DNA from: Xylographa opegraphella
Taxonomy: Eukaryota
Length of the DNA stretch: 64,000 bases
Direction: 5' to 3'
Assembly: GCA_022813865.1 (NCBI GenBank)
Contig: JALDZX010000011.1
Span: 62,001-126,000 of the forward strand
Every line of letters begins with the position of its first letter. The first letter of the stretch is position 1. Below, piece after piece: positions 38,760 through 51,806 of the stretch. Position numbers and translations under genes: made by a program. The notes under the pieces are model-generated. The model saw only the letters and a program-made list of their open reading frames with translations, searched no databases and was not told the origin of the DNA.

Positions 38760-41252
38760 TCACCCCAAGGTGATGATCTTGCGCGTCGCCTCCGCTTGAG
38801 CCCAAGCATCAATGTGCATCTTGCCCACACCCAAGCGATAAGCAACGTCATCGATCCACTCCACCAGCATGATGTTGTACATGCACCAGGGCTTTTCCCC
38901 ATCGTACCGCTGCTGGTCGAAATGGCCACCCCCTGTGTCGAGGTGAGGCCTGTCAGGAAAACATTGTTCCTCCATGGTCGTCGCGTCCACATCTACCAGG
39001 AGATCCGGATTGCTCTCTCCGCGAGACTCCTGCTCGGGGAGCTTGCATCTCGATATCATGACGAGCGCGTACGGCGATTCTTTGGAATCTTTCTTCAATT
39101 TCAAGGAGAGCTCCGCGGGAACCATCACGTAGCCTCCTACTTTACCAGGCGAGGTGGCTAGACCCAAGGGGCACACGATGTGTTTTTCTTTGGTACATCG
39201 GTGATTCTGTATGCACATCGGCCAGTAGTGGTCATCGTCGATGGTGCTTGGGTTGAATTCCGTGGTCTCCGCCTCGAATACTAGATGATTGGTCGTACCT
39301 CTCAAACTCGGTCCTAGTACACGCTGTTCTTCCTGTGCGGTGGGGTGGAAGAACCAGAGACGTGGATTGTCCCGTTCCCAGTAATAGGGTACGCTACTTT
39401 CTAATGCGCCTTTCCACAGAGCACGATATTGCTCCCGCCTTGTAGCATCTTGATTGGCGCCTTTTGGATAGCGGAAGTCTTTGCCGGAGAATTTCCGGCC
39501 GTCACTCTCGATCCATTCGATCCGCGACAGATTCTCATCGGTGTTGCATGTCACCGGCCCTACCCAGCCTGCCCAAGTCCAGCTTGGGAAAAGCGGTTGT
39601 CCAGATATGGGATCACGTCGTCTTATTGAAGGGCCCGAGGGTTGCCAGAGGAGCTGAGAGTCTAGTTCAGACCGAGGCAGTCCAAAGACGAAGTCGCTCC
39701 GGAAAAGCGGACGAAACCCGGTGGCGATGCCCTCAAAAGCATTCAGCATATCAGACGCAAAGCTCAATTGCCGCGAGGTGTATGCTTCTACCACCCTCCG
39801 GTACGAAGACACGTTGACGGAGCCCGAGGAGGACATCATCATTGGTGTCTGTTCCTTGAAAACCTCCGGTTTGAATTTTCTATCCAGCCCGCTCTCAACC
39901 ACATCATCGCTTTCGATAAAGACGTCTTCACGGTGTTGACATGAGAAAAAGCATCGCTGTTTGCCGACAAAAAGGACTCTTGGGGACAGCAGTCTTTCCT
40001 GGAGCGTCCAAGCTCTTGAGTTCCATACAGACTTGTCGATTGCGTCCGTAAAAATGGCAGGGCGATTGGCGAGAATTATACCCTGTATCTGTTCGATATA
40101 CTGACGAAATTCGCGCGGCTCTGACGGCACACCAGCCAGATGCGCGTCGGCCGTGTCCCCGGATGCAGCCGCAATCGTTAGTACGGCCGAGCTGTAGATC
40201 ATATCCATAAAAGCAATTTGCTGTGCTTGGTCGTCCAAATCATCCTGAATTATACAGAGACTATCCACCCATAAGTATTGTTCTCCGAGCTTTCTTGTCA
40301 GAGACATTGCGTCTTTGATGGTGTTCGGAAGCTCTTTTGCTCTTTCGAGTAGGGAGCCCTTCATTTCTAGGTCCTTCCTTATGTTTTTGGTGTTTCGTAA
40401 TGCTTTGGCTGTGCCCCAGACATAGCTCAGAGCAACATATCGTGGCGTTTGGACAGATTGAACGATACAAGCTGACTCGACATCAATCAGTCGGAAACTT
40501 CGAGGCAGCTCTCTTCCATCGGATTTGCTGGGGCTCAACCCGCAATTGCCATTATTACAATCATTGTACCACTTTTTGACCAAATCACATCTAATGTGAG
40601 GAATCGTAATAGACCGATGACTATTCACCTCATTCACTAAATTATCGTCCATTTGGGTTGAGCTATATATCGTACTTATACCATTTCTGCCTTCGGGAGT
40701 AGGATCCAGGTACAGTAACAATTGCCGAGGACCACGAGTATCTGTTTCGATCGGCAACGTCCTCATGCTACACATGACAGGCTTTTCAGCAATCATGGTG
40801 TCAATCACACGTCCTTCAAACGCGTCTCTCAAGGCGGTTGCCACCAGTCGACAGAATGCGCATTTCTCATTTTCAAGAACAAGTGCCAAGAATTTCAACT
40901 GTATTTCTTCAAGTATTTGCAACAGAGGGCTTCTGATGAGGTATTTGAAATCGATATGCCGGCAGGTTTCGCAAAGATAGCCCGGTTCATTCGGCTGCAA
41001 TACCTGCGGGCTCTCTATCCACCAGCGCTTGGATGGAGCCACAAATCTCTCTAGGATTGGTTTTTTCACGAGCACGTCCTGCTTTGGAGGCGCCGGCTTG
41101 GGATACGTCTTTCCATACCATGTCCAGTAGATATGATCAGCGATCATCGCTCGGTCTGGAGAAGGTGATTCGCTCCATTCAGTTATGGTACGGCCCAGGA
41201 TCTTGACTTCTTCTGTATTGTTAGCTTCCGGAGTGTTCTTCTCATCTGCCAT
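38760..41252 (-). CDS. Stand-alone HET domain protein (830 aa, single exon)
   Basis: CETC...CAFC, FRLIDVE, YVALSYVWG, YLWVDSLCIIQDD, MDMIY, WNSRAWTLQERLLSPR, YTSRQLSFASDMLNAFEGI, FPSWTWAGW. Confidence 0.93.
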   Translation of the reverse strand: MADEKNTPEANNTEEVKILGRTITEWSESPSPDRAMIADHIYWTWYGKTYPKPAPPKQDVLVKKPILERFVAPSKRWWIESPQVLQPNEPGYLCETCRHIDFKYLIRSPLLQILEEIQLKFLALVLENEKCAFCRLVATALRDAFEGRVIDTMIAEKPVMCSMRTLPIETDTRGPRQLLLYLDPTPEGRNGISTIYSSTQMDDNLVNEVNSHRSITIPHIRCDLVKKWYNDCNNGNCGLSPSKSDGRELPRSFRLIDVESACIVQSVQTPRYVALSYVWGTAKALRNTKNIRKDLEMKGSLLERAKELPNTIKDAMSLTRKLGEQYLWVDSLCIIQDDLDDQAQQIAFMDMIYSSAVLTIAAASGDTADAHLAGVPSEPREFRQYIEQIQGIILANRPAIFTDAIDKSVWNSRAWTLQERLLSPRVLFVGKQRCFFSCQHREDVFIESDDVVESGLDRKFKPEVFKEQTPMMMSSSGSVNVSSYRRVVEAYTSRQLSFASDMLNAFEGIATGFRPLFRSDFVFGLPRSELDSQLLWQPSGPSIRRRDPISGQPLFPSWTWAGWVGPVTCNTDENLSRIEWIESDGRKFSGKDFRYPKGANQDATRREQYRALWKGALESSVPYYWERDNPRLWFFHPTAQEEQRVLGPSLRGTTNHLVFEAETTEFNPSTIDDDHYWPMCIQNHRCTKEKHIVCPLGLATSPGKVGGYVMVPAELSLKLKKDSKESPYALVMISRCKLPEQESRGESNPDLLVDVDATTMEEQCFPDRPHLDTGGGHFDQQRYDGEKPWCMYNIMLVEWIDDVAYRLGVGKMHIDAWAQAEATRKIITLG

Positions 41253-42151
41253 TTCAATATTGAATTCCCTTCCGAGTTGCCTGGCTCAATGGTTGGTCTG
41301 AAAGTCGAAATCGACTGTGACGCCTTAACATCATTGTCCCCACGAATGTACCTCGCGTGTTATACCTATGGATGCTTTTCGATTCATCAAGACTTCGATA
41401 GAGACACCTGGAGCGACCATGAGAGCAAGCATAAGACTTCGAGCTGGAGAGGCTTAGGTGGGGATTCAAGTAATAATGTCATGGGATTTCCTCGTCTCGT
41501 CCCGCCTTGGCAAGGCACCCCTCACCAGGCCCAGGCCCCTTGGCACATCCACAATGTTGAATGCCTTCCCTTAGTCTACTCGCAACATCCGACGATATGT
41601 GTTTGTGGTCTTGTATCGTGTTCGTATTCCCACGGGCCCAAAATTCAATTATTTCTCTGGAACATAAGCTCCGCGGAATCCTATGCCATTAAAGCATGAA
41701 CGCGTGACCCCTTTATCCCATGTGTGAAATGAAAAGTACTCACCTCTTGCCGTGTTACTATTGTGATACTGTTCAGGTACCAGTATATCATAGTTTTTGA
41801 CTGGACCGTCCCAGATTCGTTCCATGACGGGGTTTTCGCAGCAAGACAGATGGTATAAGCGGAGCCGATCGAAAGAACCGACGAGCAAAGCTGCTGCTCT
41901 GATATACACGAGCGTTCGTAGCATGATCTCCATTCCCGGAGTCAATTTAGCATGTATGATACACCTGGCGCGCTCATGACAGAATTGACGGTAACATTGA
42001 TGATTTTTATTGGTCTTCCGAACCACCCATGACCACCCGTCTTGGAAAGCCAGATCAAGAATCTTCATGCCGGTCCCAGCCCATCTGACTGACTGTGGAC
42101 TTCGACCGCTCGATCAATAGCCAATGTTCCATTTCGCCGTATTACTTCCCT

Positions 42152-43231
42152 TTAAACGTCCAACATATCCAACACCAACCTCTGCATCCTATCCACCGAA
42201 CTAACCCTCATATCACTGACAATTCCCCCCGCATCCCTAACATCATGAATCAACCCCACCGCGGCACCCGCATAAGTCGCGAGCCTCCCCTCCGGTCCCC
42301 AATCAGCGTCCCCCGCTCTGGCGGCTTCATCGTGCATTGTCTTCAGACTCGCAAACGACCTTCCTTCCTGATGCTCAACAAATGACTTGTTAATGATTGT
42401 CCGTGGACTGTATTCGTCCGGCCATCCGAACGTGCCTCTCAGATGATTGTACAGCAGCGTCCGCGTCGTCGACACCGCACCGTCGGACGCACGCACAATC
42501 TCCTCCTGATAGCCGCGACTGATGCGTGCCTCGGTGGCAGCCAAGAACCTCGTTCCCATCACCAGCCCTGCAGCGCCCAAGCACAGCGCCGCAGCGACCC
42601 CACGCCCGTCGGCGATGCCGCCCGCTGCGAACACAGGGATTCGGCTGCCGGCCATGGCGTCCACGATCTCGGGGAGGAGAGTCATGAGGCCCATGCCGTC
42701 ATTGGCCCGCCCGTGGCCGCCTGACTCGGCACCTTGCACGACGACCACGTCAGGCTTTTCGGAATTCTGGAGAAGCTGCCTGGCCTCTTCCAAGGTGCCG
42801 ATCTGAATCCAGATCGGTGTTTCAGCGGACGCGTGGCGGATTTTGCTCGACCAATCGTCAAAGTCCTTCGGGCCCCCATGTGGGGCATACAGCCAGGTCG
42901 CACAGGGTTTGTATTTTTCAATGGCAGCGACGGTAACGGTGATATCGTCAGCCCATAGTTGGTATCCAACACCGATGGGCATGGCCGTCTGTGTAGCTGG
43001 TATCGCGCTGAATCCAGTCGAAGCCACGCGGGCCTGGTGGATGAGCGACGATGCCGTCTCCAGATCGTCGGTCGTGTCCTGGGTTTTGGCTCCTGGACCA
43101 ATGAATCCCAGTCCGCCAGCGCGAGAGACAGCGATAGCCAGCGCCGGTCCGGACATGATACACATCGGCGCGCTGACTATGAACGGATTACGAACCCATG
43201 GGTACCGTGATTTGAAGAGATTCGCAGCCAT
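42152..43231 (-). CDS. Nitronate monooxygenase / 2-nitropropane dioxygenase family flavoprotein
   Basis: SAPM, VSRAGGLGFIG, VVVQGAESGGHG, AAGGIADGRGVAAALCLGA...MGTRF. Confidence 0.92.
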   Translation of the reverse strand: MAANLFKSRYPWVRNPFIVSAPMCIMSGPALAIAVSRAGGLGFIGPGAKTQDTTDDLETASSLIHQARVASTGFSAIPATQTAMPIGVGYQLWADDITVTVAAIEKYKPCATWLYAPHGGPKDFDDWSSKIRHASAETPIWIQIGTLEEARQLLQNSEKPDVVVVQGAESGGHGRANDGMGLMTLLPEIVDAMAGSRIPVFAAGGIADGRGVAAALCLGAAGLVMGTRFLAATEARISRGYQEEIVRASDGAVSTTRTLLYNHLRGTFGWPDEYSPRTIINKSFVEHQEGRSFASLKTMHDEAARAGDADWGPEGRLATYAGAAVGLIHDVRDAGGIVSDMRVSSVDRMQRLVLDMLDV

Positions 43232-43958
43232 GCTCACCGTATTAGACACGCTGCCCACAGAAATAAAACATGGGTAAGACAGCTCTCACAACATGAAAAA
43301 CGGGGTCAAATTTTAACACATCTGCAAGTAAAGCAAGGGTTGTTCATGACAGACCTGGCATGGGATTGCAGAATTCCTAATGCTTCAAAGTCAAGCCAAA
43401 ACATAGTAGTCCAGATTGAGTTGCTGATCTAGAACAAATGCCCTAAGCAGGCCCTGCATCTAAATTTCGCATGGATTGGTCGTATCCCGCATCTGCAAAG
43501 TTACCTTACCTCGGCCAGCATTGAAGCTTCTGAGGTTGGATTGAGCTCGCATCCACACATCTCTCGATCACGCCACGTGAAGGTTCCGCATGGAGGGTTA
43601 AATTCCCGATGGGGATTAATCACGTGATCATATTCCGTCCACCACTGCCCGTCTCAACTCGCAGCTCTGAGTTCCTGACTGTGGGTGAAGGAGCTCATGC
43701 ACCCCGCATGTCAGAAACAGCCAATTGAAGATCGAAGGGAGGATGAGGGGTGCGGTGTACAGCGTGCGGCATGGCTCGAGAGAATAGAGATAAAGAGAAG
43801 TGGGAGCTGCACCTTGGATGAGTGCTTTCGCTCACGAAGATCAATCGAGTCAAGATTTATACAAATGCGAACCAATTGAGTCTACAGGACCTACCTGAGC
43901 CTTGCTTATTGTCCGTAAACGCAATTACATTCCAAATATTCCGCCCACATTTGACAAC

Positions 43959-44800
43959 ATGTCCAAAGCCTCCATCATCATCGTCCCCAGCTCCTTCGCA
44001 CTTCCTGAACTCTACGACTCGGTCGTCAATGCGGTGGCTGCGAAAGGCTATGAGATCCAGGCCTTGCATCTCCCCACCGTGGGTCTGAAAACTGGACCCA
44101 AGGACGGCGCGCCAGCAACCATGTACGAAGATGCGGAGTTCATCGCGAAAGAGGTCGACAAACTCGCGGACGAGGGGAAGGACGTGATCTTGATAGCGCA
44201 TTCCTATGGAGGCATCCCGGCGACGGAGTGCATCAAAGGACTTGGGAAAGAGGAGAGGCAGAAAAATGGTAAGAAGGGTGGGGTGGTGGCGCTTGCGTAT
44301 ATGACTGCGTTGGTACCAGCCGTCGGGGTCTCGGCGATGGGTGTGCTGGCGAGTGTGCCGCCGGAATCGCAGTTGGAATTGCCGATCGATGTTCGTTTTC
44401 TCCATTTTCTCCCATATGTAGTTATCCCCAAGTAACATTGGAATAGGGAAGGGGTTGGATGTATCACGACAACCAGATTTCCCGATCAGCGGCAATCTCG
44501 TTCTCGGACCTTCCTCCGCAAGAGAGAGAGGCGTGGACCAAGAAATTGGTTCGGCACTCTGCTATCAGCTTCAGTAACGAGTCGACCTATGCCGGGTACA
44601 TTGACGTTCCAGTATCATGGTTGCTCTGTGAAGACGACTTGTGTGTTCCTCCGGACACCCAAGAAGACTCCATCGACTTGATCGAAAAGGAGAGTGGGGA
44701 GAAAGTCGACGTGACGAGTATCAAGTCTGGTCATTTCCCAAATATCAGTAAGCCGCATGAAGTGGTTCAATGGATTTTAAACGTGGCGAGGAAAGCCTAG
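43959..44800 (+). CDS. Alpha/beta hydrolase (methylesterase/Abhydrolase_6-like)
   Basis: Nucleophile elbow AHSYGG, acid CEDD and catalytic SGHFP. One intron at about 44391-44446. Confidence 0.88.
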
Positions 44801-45652
44801 GACAGTCGGCTGGACCGAACATATATGATTTGGTTTCTTTGTATTCAGCGTCGCCGCATTTCGACGCAACCGTGGCGGGATAGAACCTTGCTATGGCTGC
44901 AACCTCTACTCAAGACCGATCAATCATATGCTTTCCTTCAGCCTTTAGCTCTGAAAGTTGTGCTTCGCGTATAGATATCCAATTCTTATTCAGAGGTCAT
45001 AGTCCCACGAACAAAACCCAACCTCATCCAGCTACAAAAAAGGCATCTCCCTCTCCCACGACTCACATTCCCACGACGCAGCACCAGCATAACCGACACC
45101 GTCCACGATTACAGCAAGAAAGCAAATCGACACGAATCATTTAACAATAATGCCAAAAATAGGGCGTGTGGAGATAATTTCAAAAAGCGGTCATCATCGG
45201 CACGCACCGTGTAAACAATGAAGTTCATGGAACAGTAACCTGATCTCCAAGCGAATAGAATATTTAGATTCATTATTTCTGATCATTAAAAATGTAGCTA
45301 AATTGAGTACAAAGGATACAACCCGCAAGCTCGCTACTCGAAGTTCACAAAGCCCTTTCGGCGATCAAACGATTCCGCTCCGAGCTACGAATACTTCCTG
45401 TTTCGGGCTAGGATCGGCTCAAGATTGGCCTTGGCATCGCTGGTCTCAAGAATCATGTTTGCATTTGCGATATTCAACCTCTACCAGCATTCAAGAAGAA
45501 AAAGGAGTCCGCCAATAAATTGAACCTATCGTACTCGAGGACTTTATTGTCTCTGAAGTCGAAACGTCAACGATTCGATTTCACTGTAATTCTAATATAA
45601 TTCTAATATACATAAAAGTACCCCCCGAAGAAATACCCTTCCCACATCGAAT

Positions 45653-47865
45653 CTAGGGCATACTCATAAACAGCGACAACATCTTGGGGTAATTCGGCGT
45701 CCCCAAGCCGGTCAGTGGGTCCCAGCCCTTCGCGGCGAAAAAGCCTGCCGTCCCACAGCCGGAATTGTTGCCGACGGTGATGTCGTGCAAGACTTGGGGG
45801 TTGGCATACAGAGTTGGGTTGACAAAGCCGATGGTCGTCTTGCCTGCAAGCAGACGCTGTTCGTTGATGCGGGTCAGTATGGAAGCGAACGTAGGCGCAG
45901 CCGCGGAGGTCCCGCCAATAAGCGTAGGCGAGCCCTCGTTGAAGATGACGACGTTGTCGCCGATCTACAAACCTGATCAGCATGACGAGCTCTTATACAG
46001 AGAGGATGCACCTACCGCTGAAAAGTCAGGATATCCACGCCCTAGTCGATTGTAGATACCACCGTTGGCGCCGAAGCTGTTGTTGCCCACGCTTGAGTAG
46101 TAGGGATACGGAGGGTTACTAGTCGCGAAATACGTTGCCACGGCACTCTTCTGATAGCTCGGGATAGGGTATATGTTGGAGAATCCACCACCGGAAGGAA
46201 AGCGAGTGACGGCGACTTCGGAATCAGTCTTGACATTCGCTCCGGGTGGTAGAAATGTGGCCCCAAGGGTGGTGAGATAAGGGCAAGTCGCTGGAAAGTC
46301 GGGTGAGAATATGGTTCCATTCGGCCCGAGGCAACCGTCTGGGTTATCATCGCCTGCAGGGCCTGCTACACCAGAATCCCCAGATGCGACAACGATGGAG
46401 ACCCCCTGCATACCAAGTTTCATGTATTCGTTACATTGTCGCTGTTGGTAAGAAGCAGGAAGATCGGCTTCTTGCCCTCCATACGATATGGAGATAACGT
46501 TCGTAGGCTTGTAGACACCACACTGTAGAGCGCCTTTGTATCCACCAGGATTTGGATCAGGGTAAGGGGGATCAAGCGGTGAGTTACCGGTTTCGCCAAA
46601 AGCGGAATAGGTACAGTAGGAGCCGTCAATGGCATCAAGGAAGTTGTTTAGGAAACCCTCAAATGTATAATTTGCTTCGTAGATATCATCGTCCGTCTGA
46701 AATAGGTCGATGGTCTGTGGGTAGATGAGCGGGTAGGCAAGCTGAAGATCCAAATCGGATTCGGGACCAGCACTGGTCACAGGGTTCGGAGCTGTGGCAC
46801 CGTCAACTGCTTCAAGAGTGGGAGCGGTTCCCTGAGGTATGTTACTGGGACGAAATTAGTTTTTCGTACACCAAAGCTCAGGGACATATGCTCACGGAGC
46901 AAGGGAGAGGAAAAACTCGTTCAGATCTGTCTGACTGTAGACATCCCCGAGGTCCTCGAATATTCCCAGGCTGTTTCCAGCAACCTTTGTTGTCGGAACG
47001 GTCACATTGTAGAGAGCTATTTGTCATGGTTAGCGTAAGACTCCTGACCTCAAAACGCTCGATAGACCCTACCTTTGACACAAGGGGGAGTGATAGCTAC
47101 GTCACATATTGATAGTGGGAGACCAGAAATTAATGACCCGGCTATAGTGGCCATTGGCATAGGGAGAGGAGCTTTGAGCGGTGGCTGCTTGTTGCGCTGG
47201 CCTGTAACTCCAAAAGTTCGCTTCTGGATACCTTTGCCTCCACGACCTCGTGTTCCTGTAGCGAGGAGCTTGATGCCTGGAGTGATATAGTCGACATGCT
47301 TCCGAACATGAGCAGGAACATGGTATCTAGAGTTGCAGATATCAGTACGAAGCTGTATAGTAAACGGAAGGGTTCAATTAACGCACTGATCACAAGCAAC
47401 GTTGGTCTTTCCGCTAGCAGCGTGTTCGTATACGTAGTAATCGGTATGCAATAAACTTTCGGCTTCAGCAGTGGTAGCATCAAACTGTAGCCACTGCTTG
47501 TTGACCGATTGACTGATCCGTTGAGCTTCAATTCCCGCCCCCACCAGCCAGTTCCGAACCGTATCCACTGTATTTGGTGAAGGTGCGAAGATATCAATGA
47601 CTTCTTCGGCAGTGAAATGTTGACCGTACTTTGGCGAATCATGCATAGACACTTCCATCAGTAGATCATGTCCCTTGTCGAGGTTACTTTGAGTCAACCC
47701 GATACGCATAGGTAGCTTTGCTTCAGGGGAAAGCTTCGAACGTTTGGTCCAGGCCTTGGCCATATGCTTGCTGCGGCGCTCATGCAGAACATGTCCTACC
47801 GGAGCTGGAGCTGCAAGTACATTGACGAAGGTAGCGCCCAGTAGGGCGAGGGTGAAGAAACGCAT
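45653..47865 (-). CDS. Secreted sedolisin (S53) tripeptidyl-peptidase-like protease
   Basis: Signal peptide, prodomain (RIGLTQSNL), ESDLD, ASGDSG, GRGYPD, GGTSAAAP and GWDPLTGLGTPNY. Multi-exon. Confidence 0.93.
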
Positions 47866-50805
47866 AACTGATGAATTGCTCTGACAAGTAATGAGGGTTT
47901 GCAAGAAGAGCTTGATCATATATGTACAAAATCAGCCGGGCAAATGTCGCCACAGCATATAGGCACGAGGTAAATGGTGGTGGTGCAGAATGCGGTCATT
48001 ATGCATGCAAAGGTACACAATCGGAAGTGAACGGTAGCACTTGATGGGCTGTAGCAAAACGGCATTAAAGAATAAGACTGTGTTTATACTAGTGATGAGG
48101 ATCTCCACCCTGATAGGCAGGTACGCTGACCAGCATCTCCCTCGTCATTGTAGATCTGAGCCTCACTGGGAAACTATTCATGGAAGGGAACCGAAAATGG
48201 TAGTACGGAATTCGAATGCCAAAACGAGAATGCTTAAAAGATAAGAAAAGAGCAATAAACAAAGAATCAAGTCTCGGAGCAATTGAAACATGCCCACGCG
48301 TTAATGGCAGCGCAAGGTATGCCGAGTACTACATGGATTACCTGGAGAAAAGCAAGCGGGAGGCGGCGGTGATGAACAAATCATATGGCATGACTCGATG
48401 ATTCGAGCATTTGCATTATCGAAGATACAAGCTGGGAACGGTGGCTTGGAGATACGAAACGACTTTCTCTTTCGGTCGAACCTCGCAGTTCTGTATGACG
48501 CCGACGGCGTGCTGAGGGAGGGCGGAGAAATGTCGTCGTTGGTGGAGCGAAGTCCGTGCACGTCAGCATCTCGGCACGTGAGCGGATAGGCGGGAGGAAA
48601 GCCTCCGCCTGCATCAGATCTACCGAGATCACGGACACCTCCGGAGCGGAGAAATGTATAAGCAGAGCCTAGATGTGCTGCTTCCTTTTACGTACACTGG
48701 TATCCATGAGCGGCCAGAGTCTAATACAAGATGTCTATGGATGAGTGTGCCTGTGTTACCGGGCCTGTCACACGTTGACTCTACAGACTGCGAAGTCTTC
48801 GGGTGCCCCGAAATGGCAGCTCGAACTGTGGTCCAAAGTGAACCTTGTTGATGTTCTTTTGCCCCAGGCTTTGACTCTGAGCTTTGACCCTGAGCTTTGA
48901 TCAGTAAGTGGTGCTACAGCCTTCTGGTCGTCAGACAAATGTGTAGTAATATCTTGCTTTGGCCATGGAATCCCGGTAACAATCATGTGTCCTTATTCTG
49001 TATCCCAGCTCAAGCTATGCGTCTGGCTGGAACTCGCAGAATCACCGCGATAACGGCTATGGCCAAACCGATGGCACAACCCACAACGACATTGCTCTTC
49101 GTTCATCCCTGACATGGGTTTCACAAGAGGTAAGACAGAGAGAGACATCTCGGATAGGTGCCTCACACGGCAGGCAGATATGGAGCTTCTTGCTGGCCAT
49201 GACGATCAAGAGATCACTCGGAACGAGGTGAGCAAGAAGTGAACAATGCGAGAGGTAAGGGGCCTAAAAGCATTGCAAGAACTGAAATGGATTTTGTAAT
49301 CTCTGGGATGCGAACGCAAAGTTCCAGCCAGCGGAAGAAATCGAAGACAGCGATAGTAACAGCTTCGAATGCTCATGTGGAGTTGTGAGAGGTCTCGGGA
49401 AAAACTGGCTCTATGGTAGGGCAAAAGATTATATACCTATAGATATAACAAAGCTCGATGTGAGTGATCGAGTGGTGATAATATGGTTGTGTAAGAATAC
49501 GTACAACTGAATAATCAAGGAAATTCGGGACCTCCAGCGCACTATATGCCTTCATTCAGAGGCATATATGACGTCGATCTTACAAGGACCCGATGGAGAC
49601 CCTGCAACTGGCGTAGTGGATAGCTGGGACACGACCATACATTCATACATTCATACAGAACAATCTATTGTAATCCTGCCTATGCCGTTGAGGAACTCCT
49701 AGAAACCTTTGGCAGGATATGGGTGTGGTTTCGCGATCGATGCTATATGCCAGCCGCACAGTCGCTATATACATGTGTGAGAGAGGAGTACTGTTTGTCG
49801 ACTTTGATGTGTCCTTATAGCTCATGCCTCATGCAGCATCAGGAGATATCCAGACATGCGGACCTAAATCCTCGTTGGACGGCTTAGAAACTGCGTTGTG
49901 AATGCAAGCTTTCTGCTGCGATCGAGCCGCTCAAATGCCATGCCACTTCACGATACATTGCGATTCTTGAGTTGAATGGGCATAGTGACCGTGGCGGGTA
50001 AAACAAAATCCTAAATGCCGAACTCTGAGCAATCGTTTCAACTCGAGCCTTCGATATTCCTATCCAACCACGCTCGAGGCGAGCTAGGCTGCTATGTCCC
50101 TATAGCGCATTTATTTCTCCACTGGTGTAAGCATATTACTCTGAGAAGGGATTGGGCCTGGCTATAATTTATCTCTTGTGATCTTCCGGATATTTCGACC
50201 ATAAGGGTATTATGCGTGACTATCTGATCTAGCTTCGACAATATAGTATTTTCGAAAATCCGGTCTTCCTTCCTAGGTGCTGGTACTTCTCTCACGGCTA
50301 GACTTTTTCGATCATTACTGTACACCCGACTGGTCAGAGACCGTCTCGGGCCGGTAAGGTTGTAAACACTGTCGACTGCTATTTCATCTGGAGGAGCGAT
50401 CATCGGATTATCTTTCCAAAAAACATTGGAAAACTTAGTACATGACAAATACTTTAAGCGTCCCACGTCTCAATCGTACCATCTGGTAAATCAGTATGTA
50501 ATATTGACACAACTTGGCCTTGCTTTCATTCATCTCTACCAATATAGCACTGTACAACTTTTCGCGCTCAGAGGGTGCACAGCGTTTTATAGTCGTCGTT
50601 CGCATGTAATACAAGCCATGTCAGCCGATCAGAAGGACTAAAAGCGCTACGCCAATACCAGTATCGATGGCTACGTTAATACTGATATTTTTCCAGGAGG
50701 CGGGGCACGCCCGAGCAGTGTTGAGTATGGTAGTTGACCTTTGACGTTGCTGCGTGAGAACGGGGTCAATTTCATAACAGGACATCCCTTCTTCTCCGCA
50801 GCCCA

Positions 50806-51806
50806 TCACTTCTCCAGTCCTCTTGCTTTGACAAATCTTGCGATTTGCTCTTTTACCTTGTTCCTATCGTACTGTTCAAGACATTCGTACAGTGAAATAA
50901 TCTCCTGTGTACATTCCATCATTGACTTGATGTCTACCTCGCCATCTGCTAGCCATTTTACAAGATGCTGCTTTTTAGCTTCCGCGACACTGGAGGGACC
51001 GCTCTCGTTGAGAGCATGGACAGCAGTCGTCGCGCTATTTGCTGAATTTGCCGTGCGCAGCCCACTTTGGACCAGATTAAGGCCGACTACTAGAAAGATT
51101 GCAGTGACTGCCACGACGTGCGGTGGATACAGAAGCGGTACATCAGTCTCGTAATGGTCATTAATAATATTTGAAGCTGCTTCGACCTCTTCTTTAGATA
51201 ATTTGAGAGTGGTTTGTAGTTGCGATAGCGTACGATACGGTTGGTGCACTATTAGCTGGCAATTCATCTCTGAGATCAGGAAGAATTCACATTCTCCAAC
51301 CTTGGAGATATCAGATACAATGAAATCTACCACTCAGGTGAGTTGTCCTATCGCGGCTATGGCAGAGCTCTAACATACCTGGCCAGAGATTCCGAGCTTC
51401 GCTAACAATCACTCGGATATGCTGGGGACATTCTTCCATTTTACATGCCAAGTACAAAGCTGTTGTCATGACAAGTATTGGGTTCGTCCTACGGATCTCT
51501 ACCTTCAAGTAAAAGCGTCGGAGATATATCTGAGCAGTAGCAATCGCTTGCTGGCGTATCCCCAATTTTTTGACAAATTTGGCAAGTTCTGTTTGTTCTT
51601 TGCTCAGAACGGGATATAGTAGGATATCAGAGATACAGCCGCTTACCTTGAGTAAACCAATGATGAAGGTGTCTTCGATCTGGCAGAGCAAATTGCTGGA
51701 CGAAATGTCTATCGTTTTCTTCTAAGGAGTCGCGAATCTCGGAAAGTTCGTCTCGAGTAAACTGCCAGTGCAGGCGTTGCGTAGATGCCCAATAATTTGC
51801 GGCCAT
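50806..51806 (-). CDS. SSN8: Mediator kinase-module cyclin (cyclin C, Ssn8)
   Basis: [11 protein letters not shown] start, [59 protein letters not shown]. Confidence 0.95.

Noticed and set aside
41649..42068. 139-aa ATG ORF with a gtgagt donor-like site
   Set aside because: No recognisable motifs, and it sits in the 3' flank of the monooxygenase gene.
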